Assembly: GCA_013265495.1 (NCBI GenBank)
Contig: MU058531.1
Location: 3,162,911-3,226,910 of the forward strand
Reading direction: 5' to 3'
DNA length: 64,000 bases
Source of the DNA: Vicugna vicugna
Lineage: Eukaryota
Shown here in pieces: positions 1 through 46,122 of this stretch. The position numbers were made by a program, and so were the translations under genes. Below the pieces are notes generated by a model. It was not told where the DNA came from, made no database searches, and saw nothing but the letters and a program-made list of their open reading frames with translations. Every line of letters starts with the position of its first letter. The first letter of the stretch is position 1.

Positions 1-605
1 ATCCCCAAGTTCCCACAAGTTTCTCCATTTCTGAAGCCTGCTTAGACAGCCCTTCCTTGGATTCCGCGAGTCACTCCATCACTGTGGCAGTAAGGTTCTT
101 TTATGTTTAGATTGGCAGAGTCAGTGTCTATTACTTTCTACCAAACAGTCCTTAGTGACATACTACTTCTAATCTTTAAGATCTGGCCCTCTGCTCACTG
201 CCCTCTCCCCACTCCCCATTTAATTCTGGGAGAGTATCAGAAGTTGAATGCCTTCTTTGTGACATGCCTTCCACGTGCACTATCACTAAGCTTAATATCA
301 ACAATGCAAAGGTATTCTACTTTACCAATGTGGAAAATGAGGCACAGAGAAGCTAAGCAACTTGCCTAAAGTCACACAGCCAGTAAATAACAGAAATGAT
401 ATTTTATCAGGTCTAATTGTTGCCCTCAATCAGTAAGTGAAATTTATTGGAATTGAGATCAACAATTCTCTGCCATTTCACAGGCTCCTGGTGTGGGTGA
501 AGATCTTTAGCATCCTCTAATGCAGTGTTTTCTTTTTCTTTTCCTTTTTTAGGGGGGAAGATCATAAACCAATTGTAAGAAACGTGCTTTATATCACAAC
601 CCTGC

Positions 606-645
606 ATGCACAAACACAAACACACACACACACACACACACACAC
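606..645. repeat. (CA)n microsatellite
   Basis: Visible CA/CAAA run. Confidence 0.9.
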
Positions 646-3600
646 CCCACAAAGAATGGAAACAAAGTCTTCACAAGGCACTAGCTACTCTTAAAGGTAA
701 CAGAGTCCAATTTTGGATCAAAACTATTTTGTTCTTTAAAATTCTGCTTGCACCTATTAGATTGATTTTGTAACCCACTAATGCATCTGACTTGCTGCTT
801 CAAAAACCCTGCTCTATTGAGAAAGCTGCTTAAACTGACACCAGTTTGCATGTCTGAGTGTAAAAGGAGGCAGGGCCACGCTGGATCTTTTAAGGCTCAG
901 AATAATGATTTGTTTACTTGCACAATGTGTGTTTCCTAGGTCACACCAGCCTGAGGGGAAAACTGGGATCAGAACCACGGCACAGGCTGTTCTTTCTCTT
1001 TCTGCTTTCATCAACTCTCCCAGAATTGCCAGTCCCTCCTAAAAGACCCCTTCCAGTTTCTGAGAACGCCAGGGAACGTCACACATGTGTTCCCAAATAG
1101 CCTTCATTTCCCCTCTCTTCTGCTCAGGCTCCCTGCTGGGATCATTTGCCACTTCCTATGTCTGCGGGGCTGTCACTACTGTGGGACACTCAGGTTGAGT
1201 TGTACCTGGTGGAAAATCCAGTGACTTTGGTGATGCCTGAGCCATGGGCCTGGATGAGGATGCTGTTGGTGTCACATCTCTACGACAGCTTCAGGTGCCA
1301 GAGTACTTTGTGTGGTCCTCACAGCAGCCACGTGCAACAGCACTGTGCCCTTGTTACAGGCGTCCCAAAGTAGATTCTTCTTACCCCCTCAAATTACACA
1401 GGTTCAAGGGCAATGGGTTGAAGAAAAAAATCTTCATCCTTGTTCATAACCTCTTTCTTCTTCTCCAGCTCTGGACCTTGTCCCAGACCAAGCTTGGGTA
1501 TTCCTACTCTCACCCAAACTGGGAAAGAGTTCTTTCTTTCCCTGGAGGCTTCTTGGTTCTTCCATGTGCAGAGACTCTTGGCAAGGCCACAGTCTGTCAT
1601 AGTGCCCAGAAGTGCCTGCTTCCTAGAGTGAACTTACACTTAAAATAAATCCATTTTTGTCTGAGAGCTTTGCTTCCCAGGTATCAGGAGTCCCATGTTC
1701 AGAATTTAAGTCCTGTTGCAATGCTGATAATGATGATGATGACGACAAATCTTTTTCATGTATTGGACCCCATGCTAAGCACTGTAGATACATTACCGTC
1801 TCTCATTCTCTAAGCAACTTTATGTGATATGTACTATTCTACGTACTCCTCAGTTTACAGAGGAGAAAACTGTGCCCTGGAAATGTTAAACAGCCAGCCT
1901 ATGGTCATGTGGATGGCCAAGTCCAGAGCCAGCCCTGGACCCCTCAGCTCCTCCTCCAGAGCTGGGACTGGACAGTAAGCCTGCTTCAGTCAGGCCTCCC
2001 TACCTCTCTGGGCCTCCTTCCAGCTCTGCCTGCATCCTTTCCAGGCCCCTCTTCCAAGGCCCCCACTGTGATGCACAACCTCATATGAAGGCCTCCAAGC
2101 TGGTGGGAACCCCGAAGCTTCCACCTTCCTGCTTCCCACATCCTCTCTGTGCCCTTCCAGGGATTCCCAGAGCAGCGCAGGGAAGCCTGGTCAGTAATAG
2201 AGCCCCCTCTCCAGGCCCCTCAGGACTTCAGCATAGCAGCAACCTGCCCTCCTCTCACTAGCCCTCTCCTCCATTCAGTTCTGGAGCCTGGAATGGTTCT
2301 TTCTCCCTAAAAGGCCATCAGCAATCTGTACTACACGGTTAAAATGGTGCCTGATCATAGTGGGTGTTTTAATTGAATAGGGAATTCAAGTCTGGGCATT
2401 TAAATGCCATAGAAAAAGAAAAAGTTACTGTCTTTTCAGAATGCCCATTGTAATTTGTCCTTAGAGTCCCCCCTTCACCCCCATCATGGTCCTTTTTCCA
2501 CTTGAGCTGACAAACTGAACCACTAGATAAATACAGCTGCAAAGTGAAGTTATGGGTATGATTTCTGTCCCTCATTTGTTTGCCCTCCGAGCTTAACCAA
2601 GTCAAATATGAAAGACTGTTCACCCTTTCTTTGACCCTTCTACAGAGCACAAAGCCCAGGGCTGATCACGGCATCGTGATAATCTGATACATTTGAAAGT
2701 GAAACAGAGGAGGGGAATTATCTCGTTGACTGCACCGATCAGTTTAACCAAGTATCTGCCAGAGTGTCATCCCACGCAGAGTGGTGGCTCTGCCACTCAT
2801 CGTCTGTGCGACCTCCTGTACCTGTTACAGTTTCCCCATCTGTAACACTCAGGGATTGGATCCGAGAACTCTGAGGTCCCTGAAAGTTCTCAGGGTCTTT
2901 ATAGTTACAGAACACATCGTTTGCAAGTCAGATAACTTAGGGCGTGGGTGATTGTTTGAATAAAAAACATCTTCTATAACATTTTCGCCACGTAATTATG
3001 TTACAAAGCAGGTCTGCATTGTGCACTTGAAGTAGGATTCAGTTTACAAAAATCTGACTTGCAGCCAGCTTTTAAGTGACACTTTTACTGTTTCAAGTGG
3101 GGCTTGCCTGTAGGTCACGGTTTCTAAAAATCACTGTGATATACTCCCTCCCTCCATAGAGCCTTAAGCAGTGAAGCAAGAGCAGAATGCATTCAAAGTC
3201 ATTGCTTCTCCTGGACTTAGTTTTCCTTTTCTGTTCTATAAATAAACAAACAAAAAACCTAATATAATCACAAATCCTCAAAAAGGAGCTTAAGGATAAT
3301 AACCTACTGGTCCTTTTGAAACACAAACCAGATCATATCACTCCTCTGCCTAAAACTCTGCAGAGGTGTCCACGGTTCTCCAGGTGGTGGCCAGGCCTTG
3401 GCAAATGCTCCTTGCTCCACCTGGAAGGCTCACACCAACCTGCACTTTCATTCCCCCCTTACCTGAGAACTCAGCTCGATCGTTTCTTTGGTGAATTGTC
3501 CTTGACTTCCTCCTTCAGGGTAACTCTGAGAAGCAATGTCGGGTTTCTTTGAATGAGCGTGTCCCGACCGACCGTGGAGAGCCTCCATGCGCTGTTGCTG

Positions 3601-4449
3601 CCCATAACGACACACTGGCTGCTCACGTCGTGCACGACGCGGTCCAGGCCCCAGATTCACCCCGGGGTCTCTCCTTTTGTGGAGCCTGCAGTCTTCTGGG
3701 TAAACAGAGAGCAGTCAGATACGAGAAGGACCACAACTGCACCACCCTGCCCTCCCCGAGCTTACAGACACGTAAATGAGGGGTGGGAGTGAGTGTAGGG
3801 GGAGCCACCTATGAGAAGGGAAGGGTAGACTGTCAATGCCTCCAGTTCTGTGTGTGCAGGGTGAGCTTCTGTCCTAATCACACATTTGCTTAGACAGTCC
3901 TTGTACTATTTTCAGTCTAAGAAGCTGAAAGAGAAAGAGTGTGGACTGACATCCCTAGGCTGGCTGTGCCAGCTTGAGGGGTGGCCGCCTTCAGCCTGGT
4001 AAGAGGACTAAGCAGACATTCCTCCATCCTAAGCACAGACTATACCGCCCTGCCCCCAAAGCCAGGGCCTCTTGTTTTTCTCTTGTTTAAATGAATCTCC
4101 TTCTCCAAAGGGGCATCCTCTTTCCCATCAAATACGACAGTAACATAGCCTTCCATTTTGACTTAATGTTCATAATACTTATGGAACCTCTGTGCTCTCG
4201 TGCCCATTCTACAGATGGGGGAATAGATCTAGAGACAACATTGGGCTAATTCTTGGCAGAACTGGACCTTCCAAAGCCACTAGGTCTCTGGCTCCTAGTC
4301 TGGCATCTCCTCAGCCTATCTCAGCCCCCTGGGTTCAGCCAGAGCTTTTCCAGAGCCCTGGAAGCCAAAGCTGGCTGCCTCCTGCTGCCAGGGAGTTCCT
4401 TCCAGGCTTCTGGTTCTAGGGCTGAAGAAGGGGGAGTGTGAGAGGTGAG

Positions 4450-37292
<32,843 letters not shown>

Positions 37293-37622
37293 CACACCAA
37301 ATTCTCTGGCTGCCATCAGAAACTTTCTACAGTACATGATCCGGATGAACTCAATGCATGATGACTCTTCTTATCACACTTGCAAAGGAATGCCTTTCAA
37401 ACATTGAGACTGCTAGAACCAAGCACTACCAGTATCTCCATCCTTAACCGTCCAGTCCAGTGGTGTGGGAAGTTACCTTTTATAAGACAAAATTGAATTG
37501 TGTAACTGTTCTTTGCAGTAAAGATGTGTAAATAAGTGTTTAATGGTATCTGTTACTCCAAAAAAGAAATATTAATATGTACTTTTCCATTTATTTATTC
37601 ATGTGTTCAGAAACAACTGCCA

Positions 37623-37628
37623 AATAAA
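37623..37628 (+). terminator. LGI1 polyadenylation signal AATAAA
   Basis: Canonical hexamer ~330 nt after the stop, followed by T-rich sequence. Confidence 0.8.
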
Positions 37629-39197
37629 ATGTTTACATTTTCTTTCATATCCCAAAGGTAATTATTTACAGGAGTTATTTTATTCTTGGTGATGATATGT
37701 TGAGGAAATAGTTTTATATAATAGGGTTGTATTTGGATCAAGAATGTGTGGTGTGAATAATGAGTGAAGATGAACACTGATATTGATTACCCATCACTTA
37801 TTAATAGGTTGATCAGCTGATTTTGAACATTCAAAGGGCATGGCTTTTAGGAACACTTTGAGGTGAACTGGTGACAGATTAAAAGAAGGGAAGAGAAATT
37901 TGCCTATTACAAAAAGGCTAATTTAAAATAAAGAACAGTTAAGCCCATCCTTTCCTATCTGATAGCTCCAGCTGAAAACTTCATTCAGACAACTTGTAGA
38001 AGAAGCTAAAGTCAAGATTTTGGATTTTAAAAACCCTATTCAGGGACTTTCTAAATGTCTGACTCTAGAATTCTCTGAAAGCTGATAGAAATTGTAACCT
38101 TAAAGCACTTGCCTCAAATGTATCTGAGATGAAGGCCTGTTCTCTGATCAAGGATGCTTCACTTCTAGATAGCAGTTCTGACATGTTACTGACATGCTGC
38201 TGAGTGCCCAGTGGGCTCACATCTGGTTTCCTAAATCTCTGACCCTGGATCACATGGTAGTTAGCACTTAGCACAATGCCTATGATGGAGCAGGCTCTCA
38301 AAAACTGCTTTTGAAGATGCGTATGTGTCCTCCTGTTACAAACTTAATAATAAACTTCATGAGGTCCATTATCTAATCAGTCCTATTTATTGAGTACCTG
38401 TTAAGAACGAGGTATTGTTCCTCTGATTTGGGGAGGAAAACTAAGGAAGAATAGGGCATGGTCCTTGACCTGTGGGGCCTTAGAAGTCTAATGGGGGGAC
38501 TGGACACAAAAAATGACAGTGTAAGCAGTAAGTGCCAAATATCACCTGAACATTCCTACTTTAAGTATCATGGGAGTATCAAAGATGACTTCCTGGAAGA
38601 AGTGGTCCTTGTTTGAACTTAAAGGGAAGATGTGATTTCAAAAGGGGATCATGGTAGAGAAGATATTCTTGCCCGATTTGGTTCTGTGTGCTGCCTTCAA
38701 GGAGGGGATTAGAGCTTCCTCCAGCTCGTTGCTCCACAGACACTCTTGCCAAATCACGACAGGGTGGGGGCAGGTGGGACAGACAGCACCCCAACTAGCA
38801 GCACATGTCTGGCGAACCTGAGGCATCCAAGGTACACCCAATAGCTTCATGGTCTCTGGGAAGCAACACCTTGGGGAGCTATGCAGAGGAACCAGATTCC
38901 TTTACCACATGGGGAAGGTATTAACTCCTACATCAGGATTATGGGGGATAAGAAGACTACTTGGCCACTCATGGTCCTGCATGTGGGGAGAACTGGCCTT
39001 TGAATGTCTGACTTTCTTTGTTCCCTTTTTCTATAAGTAGCATATATGTGATGGAGAATACCTGCTTGGTAGAGACTGCATTTAAGTCCAGCCCTACCAT
39101 GTACTGGCTTTGTCCACAGGCAAATTACATAACCTCTCTGAGCCTCAGTCTCTTCATCTGGAAAGGACAGTAGAAGGATTAAATGAGACAATGCACC

Positions 39198-39770
39198 TTT
39201 GGTGGATTGAATTTTCCAAATATGGCCACAATATCTCCCACACTACGTGCTCTATGAGAACCTGTCCTCACCCCATCAAGAGAAAGCACTTAATTTCTCA
39301 GCCTTCAATCTGGACGGGCTTGTAATCACAATAGAATGTGGTGGAAATGACGCAGTTTGACTTTTGAGGCTAAGTCATAAACACGATGAAGCTTCTGCCT
39401 TGTGAAACTGGGACAATCACTTTTGGAGGCCTGAGCTGCTACACAGAAAGTCCTACCAGCCTGAGGCCACCACTCAGAGGAAGCCCAAACTTGGATCAAC
39501 AGCCTGAGCTGAGGTCCCAGCCAACAGCCACATCAACCACCAGTCCTGTGAGTGAAGATGCCTCCAGGTGACTCCAGCCCTCAGCCGTCAAGCCACCACC
39601 AGCCATCAATCTTCCCAACTGAGGCTCCGGACACTGTGGAGCAGAGACAAGCCATCCCTATATGCCCTGTCCAAATTCCTGACCCATAGAACCTATGAGC
39701 ACAATAAAATGATTGTCTTAAAAGGCCAAGTTTTGGGGTGATTTGTTACACCGACGCAGTGATCAGAACA
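39198..39770 (+). mobile_element. MLT1-type MaLR solo LTR inserted in a MIR
   Basis: caaatatggccaca...ccaaattcctgacccataga...aataaaatgattg...ttttggggtgatttgttac...agaaca. MIR sequence flanks it on both sides. Confidence 0.8.
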
Positions 39771-41959
39771 ACATACAAAGTGCTTAACACAGAACTAGCA
39801 CACATTAGCACTCACCAAGTGCTAATGGGCTCCACGCCCAGAATATTACATGCTTTGGGGCCATGTTCTAACTTATTGCCTTAATGTAATTCACCGTTAC
39901 TTCATTTTTAAAGGATGTCGCCTGTTTTCAATAGGTTAACAGTGTTCCTACTCTGTGCCGGCTAGGCAGTCTGCTGACTCCAGGGATGCAGAGATTATGG
40001 GTCTAGATTCTGCCCTGTTTTCATACAGGCATTGAATATTTAAGTTAGCAAGCCAACTGTCTAATTTACTTTGAACCTGAGACTCAGGAGATGTGAAGTG
40101 AGTTGGATGACGGGGGCTACAATCCAAGCTTTCTGACACTCAGCCCAGTCCTTTCTCCATTACGTGGTGCTACCTTTCAAAATCTCACCCTCCAGCTGGA
40201 ACCTGGGATTGCAGATGGGGAGAGAGGTGAGGAGTGAGGAGGCTGACCAAGAAAGTAAATTCAAGAAAGGCTGGAAAAGAGGACATAACGATAGGGTCCA
40301 CTTTTGCAGGAACTGACCAGCCTTTTCTGAGAGTTGCCCTCTCTCCCTGTACCCCGCATCTACTCTATACTATGCCACTCAGCCTCCTTTCGAGCTATAA
40401 ATGATTAGACCTGAAGTGAACCCCCATTCCACGTGTTCAACCCAGAAGCTGCGCTGGGCTCAGCCTGAGCCAATCCATTCTCCCTCCTGGATATTTGGGA
40501 TCAGGACAGCAGAGGCTGGGCCAATTATTCAGAGTCACCATACTTGTAAGGTGATGATCCTAAATCAGGTTGCCTCAAAGCAGTGGGAATTACTGAAAGA
40601 GTGCCCTCAGGTAAGGGAGAGAGAGCAGCATAGAGTAGGGGAAGATGCTTGCAAAGATATCCTTTCAGGAGAAGTCCAACTTTGGCCTGACCCCACGGGG
40701 AACTCTAGGGCACAAATCGTACCACAGAGTGTGTCCTGCTTGCAGCAAGGGTGGTGAACACTTGTATGCCTCATCTGATCAGTCATTGACTAAAGAGCAT
40801 AACCTCTCAGGTATCTCCAGCTGAGAAGGTTCCAGATGGCTAAGGGCAATCCTCCAGAGAAGGGTACCAACATGAGCTGTCATTATTCAACACCCACGCT
40901 GCAGGATGGATGCACCAACCCAGCAAAGGGCATCAGGGTGGGCAACTGAAGCATACGCTATAGCGATGGTGGCTGAGGTGCTGCTGCATTCTGGAGCAGC
41001 CATGATGGTCCACGTACCAGGAGAGCAGAGAAGCCTGGTCCAAAAGATAGTGAAGCAGAAACTCCAAAAGAAATACATAGTCTGAAGGGGAGAGGGAGGG
41101 AGAGAAAAGAGAGGGAGGGAAGAAGAGAGACAAGGGGTAAGAAAAGGGACCAAGAGGGAGGGGAAAAGGGAGAGTAAAAAGGAGGGGAGGAGGGAGAGTG
41201 GGAAGATGACTGGGAGGCATGGTGTCCCAGGTTGGGTCACCTGAGAACCAGACACTTAGAAGTGGAAGTACATTTATTAGGTAGCACCTTTGAGATCAAG
41301 ACCTGCAGAGGAGAAGGAATTAGAATCTGGCAAAGAGAGCAGCTGAACTGTGAGGCGGTTCTAATAAAAGCAATCCAGGACAAGGAAGACCTACAATGGC
41401 CCTACAAAGTCCTGAAGGTGAAGTTCAAATTTGGCCCAGCTTCTCCTTCCACTAAAGCATCCACTTCAACCACCCACCTATCTTCCACACAACTGCCAGT
41501 CCCTGTCCACCTAAGCACTTACATGCAGAGAGAATGTTGTGTAAAAAATAGCTCTTCAAATTTCTGTCTGGCTTTTGTGCTCATAAAAAGCCAGATATCC
41601 CTGAATGATAAAATGAAGCAATTCTCCCACGTCTCTGTCAGCAGTCATATTAATTGATTTGTGTCATTATTTTTTAAGTGTATTATGTTGTTTGTTTGTT
41701 TGTTTTTTTCTGAAGGAAGACAGAATCAAGTTCAAGAGGGGTTTATTATATTGAGTCTATGTGACTTTGGCCAAGTTTCCTCAGTTAGCGTGAAGTCATT
41801 CTCCACTACTCGTGGTCCAGTGAGGAAAAGCATACGCCCTCTTCCTGTCTCCAAACCCTGTCTGCTCTCACTGGGTGTATAAGAATTATCCACGGGGATA
41901 TTTCCAAATACACATGACCATTTATTCACCCCAAGTTCTGATCCCTGAGGAGGTACAGT

Positions 41960-42460
41960 GGTTAGGATTCTTTTGGTTGTCAGTTGCTGAAATCCAACTG
42001 AACTAGTTTAAACATAAAAATGCATCTAGCTTCAGAAATACCTGGACCAGATATTCAGATGCTATTTTCATAAATCTGTCTTTCCCTGACTCTTGGCCCT
42101 ATTTTCCTCTATGTTGACTTCTTCCTAAGTCAGTCCTTTCATGGTGGAGAGACTCCCACCAGCAGCTCCAACACTGTGTCTCGCCAGTTTAGGCGTGCCC
42201 TTTAGCAAGACCTCTTTCTCAGTAGTTCTAGCAAAAGTGGGGGCTGGTGTTCATTGGCCCAGTGCCCATGCCTGAAGTAATGGCTTCAGCTAAAGACAGA
42301 GTGCCCAGATTGGCCAAGCTTGGGTCACGTGCCACCCTAGAATCCACAGGTGAGAACCACAGGGAATGAGAGTGAAGTAAGGGTGCTTCCCTAAAGTAAA
42401 ATTAAAGTGCTATTAGAAAGAAGGAAAGGATGCCGGACAGGCAAAACAACAAAAGTCATC
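41960..42460 (-). mobile_element. Old MLT1J/K-like LTR
   Basis: gttaggattcttttggttg...aaatccaactgaactagtttaaaca; gattggccaagcttgggtcacgtgcc. Confidence 0.65.
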
Positions 42461-44349
42461 AGCAGGAGGTGTGCCCTCTACTGAGAACCTCTACATAGAG
42501 ATACGGAGTTTCCAGAGGAGAGGCCACACCCTCAGATGTGTCTAGAATCCCTTCACTAAGAGGTTTCAGGGAGCCCTTCTTATTTTGCAAAACTTGACAA
42601 AATATATGCTCCCATCTTTGTCTATTATTCGTGGTGATTCATTGTTACAATTTCTCTATACATTTTAAATGGTGTTCTCTTAAATACTCTGTTTTAAAAT
42701 ATTTAAGCTGATACCCTTTGTTTCAAAATGGTGTTTTCCCAAGTGAAGTTAAGCTGCCAATTCTGATCCAGTGGCCATGCATGCTTGGGGGATGAGACCA
42801 AGTGTTCCTCGATCACCTTCTGTTCTCCTGGATATGCTTCCATTTCAGATCAATCCCCATCTGGCAAGGGAAGCCATCTCCTTGCTTGAATCACCTTGAG
42901 GTTGGCTTTGCAGATGAAAATCTTAGAAGTTCCTTGGTGGTCCAGGACTTTCTCTGTCTAAGCTTTCCCACAGGTATCTAGTCATTTATCAGTTGGAAGT
43001 TATCATGGGCCAGTCTTGGCAGAGAGCAGAACATACAGCACTGACTTCTGTTAATAATGGTTCCCCAATTGGAGTGTCCCCCAGAATCACCCAGAAAGCC
43101 AATTAACTATACAGATTCTGAGACCTTCACCTCAAATTCACTGACACTAAATCTTCAAAGAATGGGACCCAGGAATTTTTATTTCTAAACATCCCTTAGG
43201 TGATTCTGAGTTGATAGCCATTACCAGTCCCCACTAACTGGAGTTGGGGGCCCTGCTCTAAATAACCACATTGGGCTGATCAGTGGCTTGTCAAGAGTCC
43301 TAAACCTATGGTCACAATAGTTGGCCTTTAAAAACTCTGGAACATGCTGGCCTTAAATATTACCCTGGGTAAGACATTTAAGTTTCTTTCAGCTTCAATT
43401 TCTCTAACTTATTGGAACTGGATCTGGTCATCCTAAAGGTCCTTCCAGCTCTGAAGATTCTGTAACTCTCTGTTATAATGGGAAAAAAATTAGCTTGGAA
43501 GTTTAGAGATCTTGGCCCAGTGTCATCGCCTTTATTGTTTTGTGACCTTCAGGAGTCATTTTCATTCTCTGGGCCACAATTTCCTTTTTTAAAAGATGAG
43601 TTAATTGGAGTATATGAGTTCTTTATTTTTATAATTTAAAATAGCCCTAAGATAACAATTAAGCCTTAGATACTCCTTTAGAATAATCTGTTGAGATGTA
43701 CAGTACGAACAAGCTGAGGATGATCACAGTTTCCTGTTGATCTGGATTTGCTGGGTTGAGGATCTGCAAGCAGCATTTGGTATGTTCGTGTTTAATGGAT
43801 ATGACATTTCACTGAGCCAAACGGGAATGGAGTATTTTTAGCACAGAATTCATCAAGGTTTAGTAAAGAGGGCTTGTTCTCTGAATGGAGTGTGAAAAAG
43901 CAGAGATGCTATTTTTAAAACCAAACATAAAGGCCCCTTCCTCTCCACTATCACAAAATGGTCATATGTGCACTTATTTTCACCACAAAGCTTCAAGAAC
44001 GTACTCCTTTCTGTATCTCCTATAAGGCAATATTCCATCTAGCACAATAACTGTGCTGGCTCACACACATTCCTCCTGTATGGGTATTGCCTGTGAACTT
44101 ATGTTAAATAGGCTAAAAACAAGGTTAATCACTGAAGGCAATAATAATAGCTCCCACCTATTGAGCACTTACTATGCGCAGGACACATGCTGAATGTTTT
44201 ACGCGTATTTAAGTCATTCAAACCTTGCAACAATACTCCTACTATCACTATATTCTAGAGAAGGGACTGAAGTTCAGAGAGGTTCAGAAGTCTGCCTAAG
44301 GCATGTAGCTAGTAAACAGCAGAGCTAGGATTCAAATCCAGGTCTGTCT

Positions 44350-44602
44350 TTCACAGATACAGAAAATAAACTTGTGTTTGCCAAAGGGGAGAGGGAAGCA
44401 AGGAGGGGAAAATGAGGGGTATGGGACTGAGAGATACAAACTACTATGTATAAAATAGATAAGTAACAATGATGTACTATATAGCACAGGGAATTATAGC
44501 CATTATCTTGTAATAATGTATAATGCAAAAATACTGAATCAGTATGCTATATATACTTGAAACTAACACAATATTGTAAATTAACCATACTTCGTTTTTA
44601 AA
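44350..44602 (+). mobile_element. Short L1 3' end inserted into a MIR
   Basis: Artiodactyl-type L1 3'UTR (cacagatacagaaaataaacttg...tatagcacagggaatta...) with an A tail and a 16-bp TSD aaatccaggtctgtct / aaatctaggtttgtct. Confidence 0.88.
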
Positions 44603-44960
44603 AAATCTAGGTTTGTCTGAAATCAGAGCCCTAGTGATTGACAACTAAATTGCATCAATTTTATCAGTCAGGATAGTCTGGGGTATATGGCAACCCCTTG
44701 GTAGAGCTCAAATATTACTGGCTTAAAATAATAAAGCCTACTTTTTTATTCATGCAACTGAGAGCACTGTTTCAAGTCACCATAATCTTCATATACTGAT
44801 GCAAAAATTGACGGAATAGCCACTATATGAGACATTCCTATGTAAATTTATCAGAGGGGAAAAGAGCTGTGACAAAGCATGCACTGGCTGCTACCATTGT
44901 TTTCATTAAAAAGTTTTAATTTGATTTTTTATTTGATTTTTAAAAACTATTTTCATATAA

Positions 44961-46122
44961 GCCACAATAAACCTCCTGGAAGAAAACATAGGCAAAACAT
45001 TCTCTACATAAATCTTAGCAATGTTCTCCTAGGGCAGTCTACACAAGCAATAAAAATAAGATAAAAAATAAACAAATGGGACCTAATTAAACTTATAAAG
45101 CTTTTCCACAGCAAAGGAAACCATAAGCAAAACAAAACGACAACCTACAGAATGGGAGAAAATATTTGCAAATGATGCGACTGACAAAGGTTTAATTTCC
45201 AGAATATATAAACAGCTTGTACAACTAAATAGCAACAATAACAAAAACAACCCAATCCAAAAATGGGCAGAAGACCTAAACAAACAATTCTCCAATGAAG
45301 ACATACAAATGGCCAATAGGTACATGAAAAAATGCTCAGTATTGCTAATTATCAGAGAAATGCACATCAAAACTACAATGAGGTAGCACCTCACACCAGT
45401 CAGAATGGCCATCATTCAAAAGTCCACAAAATAAATGCTGGGTGTGGAGAAAAGAGACCCCTCCTACACTGTTGGTGGGAATGTAGTTTGGTGCAGTCAT
45501 TATGGAAAACAGTATGGAGATTTCTCAAAAGACTAAAAATAGACTTACCATATGATCTAGCAATCCCACTTCTAGGCATATATCCAGAAGGAACTCTAAT
45601 TCAAAAATATGCATGCACCCCAATGTTCATAGCAGCATTATTTACAATAGCCAAGACATGGAAACAACCTAAATGTCCATTGACAGATGTCTAGATAAAG
45701 AAGAAGTGGTATATTTATACAATGGAATACTACTCAGCCATAAAAAGGAATAAAATAATGCCATTTGCAGCAACACAGATGGACCTAGAGATCATCATTC
45801 CAAGTGAAGTAAGCCAGAAAGAGAAAGAAAAATACCATAAAATATCACTCATATGTGGAATCTTAAAAAAAAAAGAAAAGAAAAAAAGAGAACACTAATG
45901 AACTCATCTACAAAACAGAAACAGATCTGCAGACATAGTAAATAATCTTATGGTTATTGGGGGAAAGGGCGTGGAAAGGGATAAATCTGGCAGTTTGAGA
46001 TTTGCAAATGTTGGCAACTATTTATAAAAGTAGATTAAAAAAACAAATTTCTTCTGTACAGCACAGGGAACTGTATTCAATATCTGGTAATGACCTTTAA
46101 TGAAGAGGAATATGAAAAGGAA
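44961..46122 (+). mobile_element. 5'-truncated L1 (ORF2 C-terminus + 3'UTR), relatively young
   Basis: ORF2-like peptide [32 protein letters not shown]...[19 protein letters not shown]; 19-bp TSD at 44942-44960 / 46123-46141 (17/19). Confidence 0.95.

Noticed and set aside
968..990. REST/NRSE-like TCAGAACCACGGCACAG
   Set aside because: Mismatch in the CAGCACC half and an insertion in the GGACAG half; too degenerate
40887..41657. ORFs of 95-141 aa
   Set aside because: They span a purine-rich low-complexity tract and old LTR-like remnants
45083..45694. ORFs of 110 and 120 aa
   Set aside because: Sense and antisense fragments of disrupted L1 ORF2
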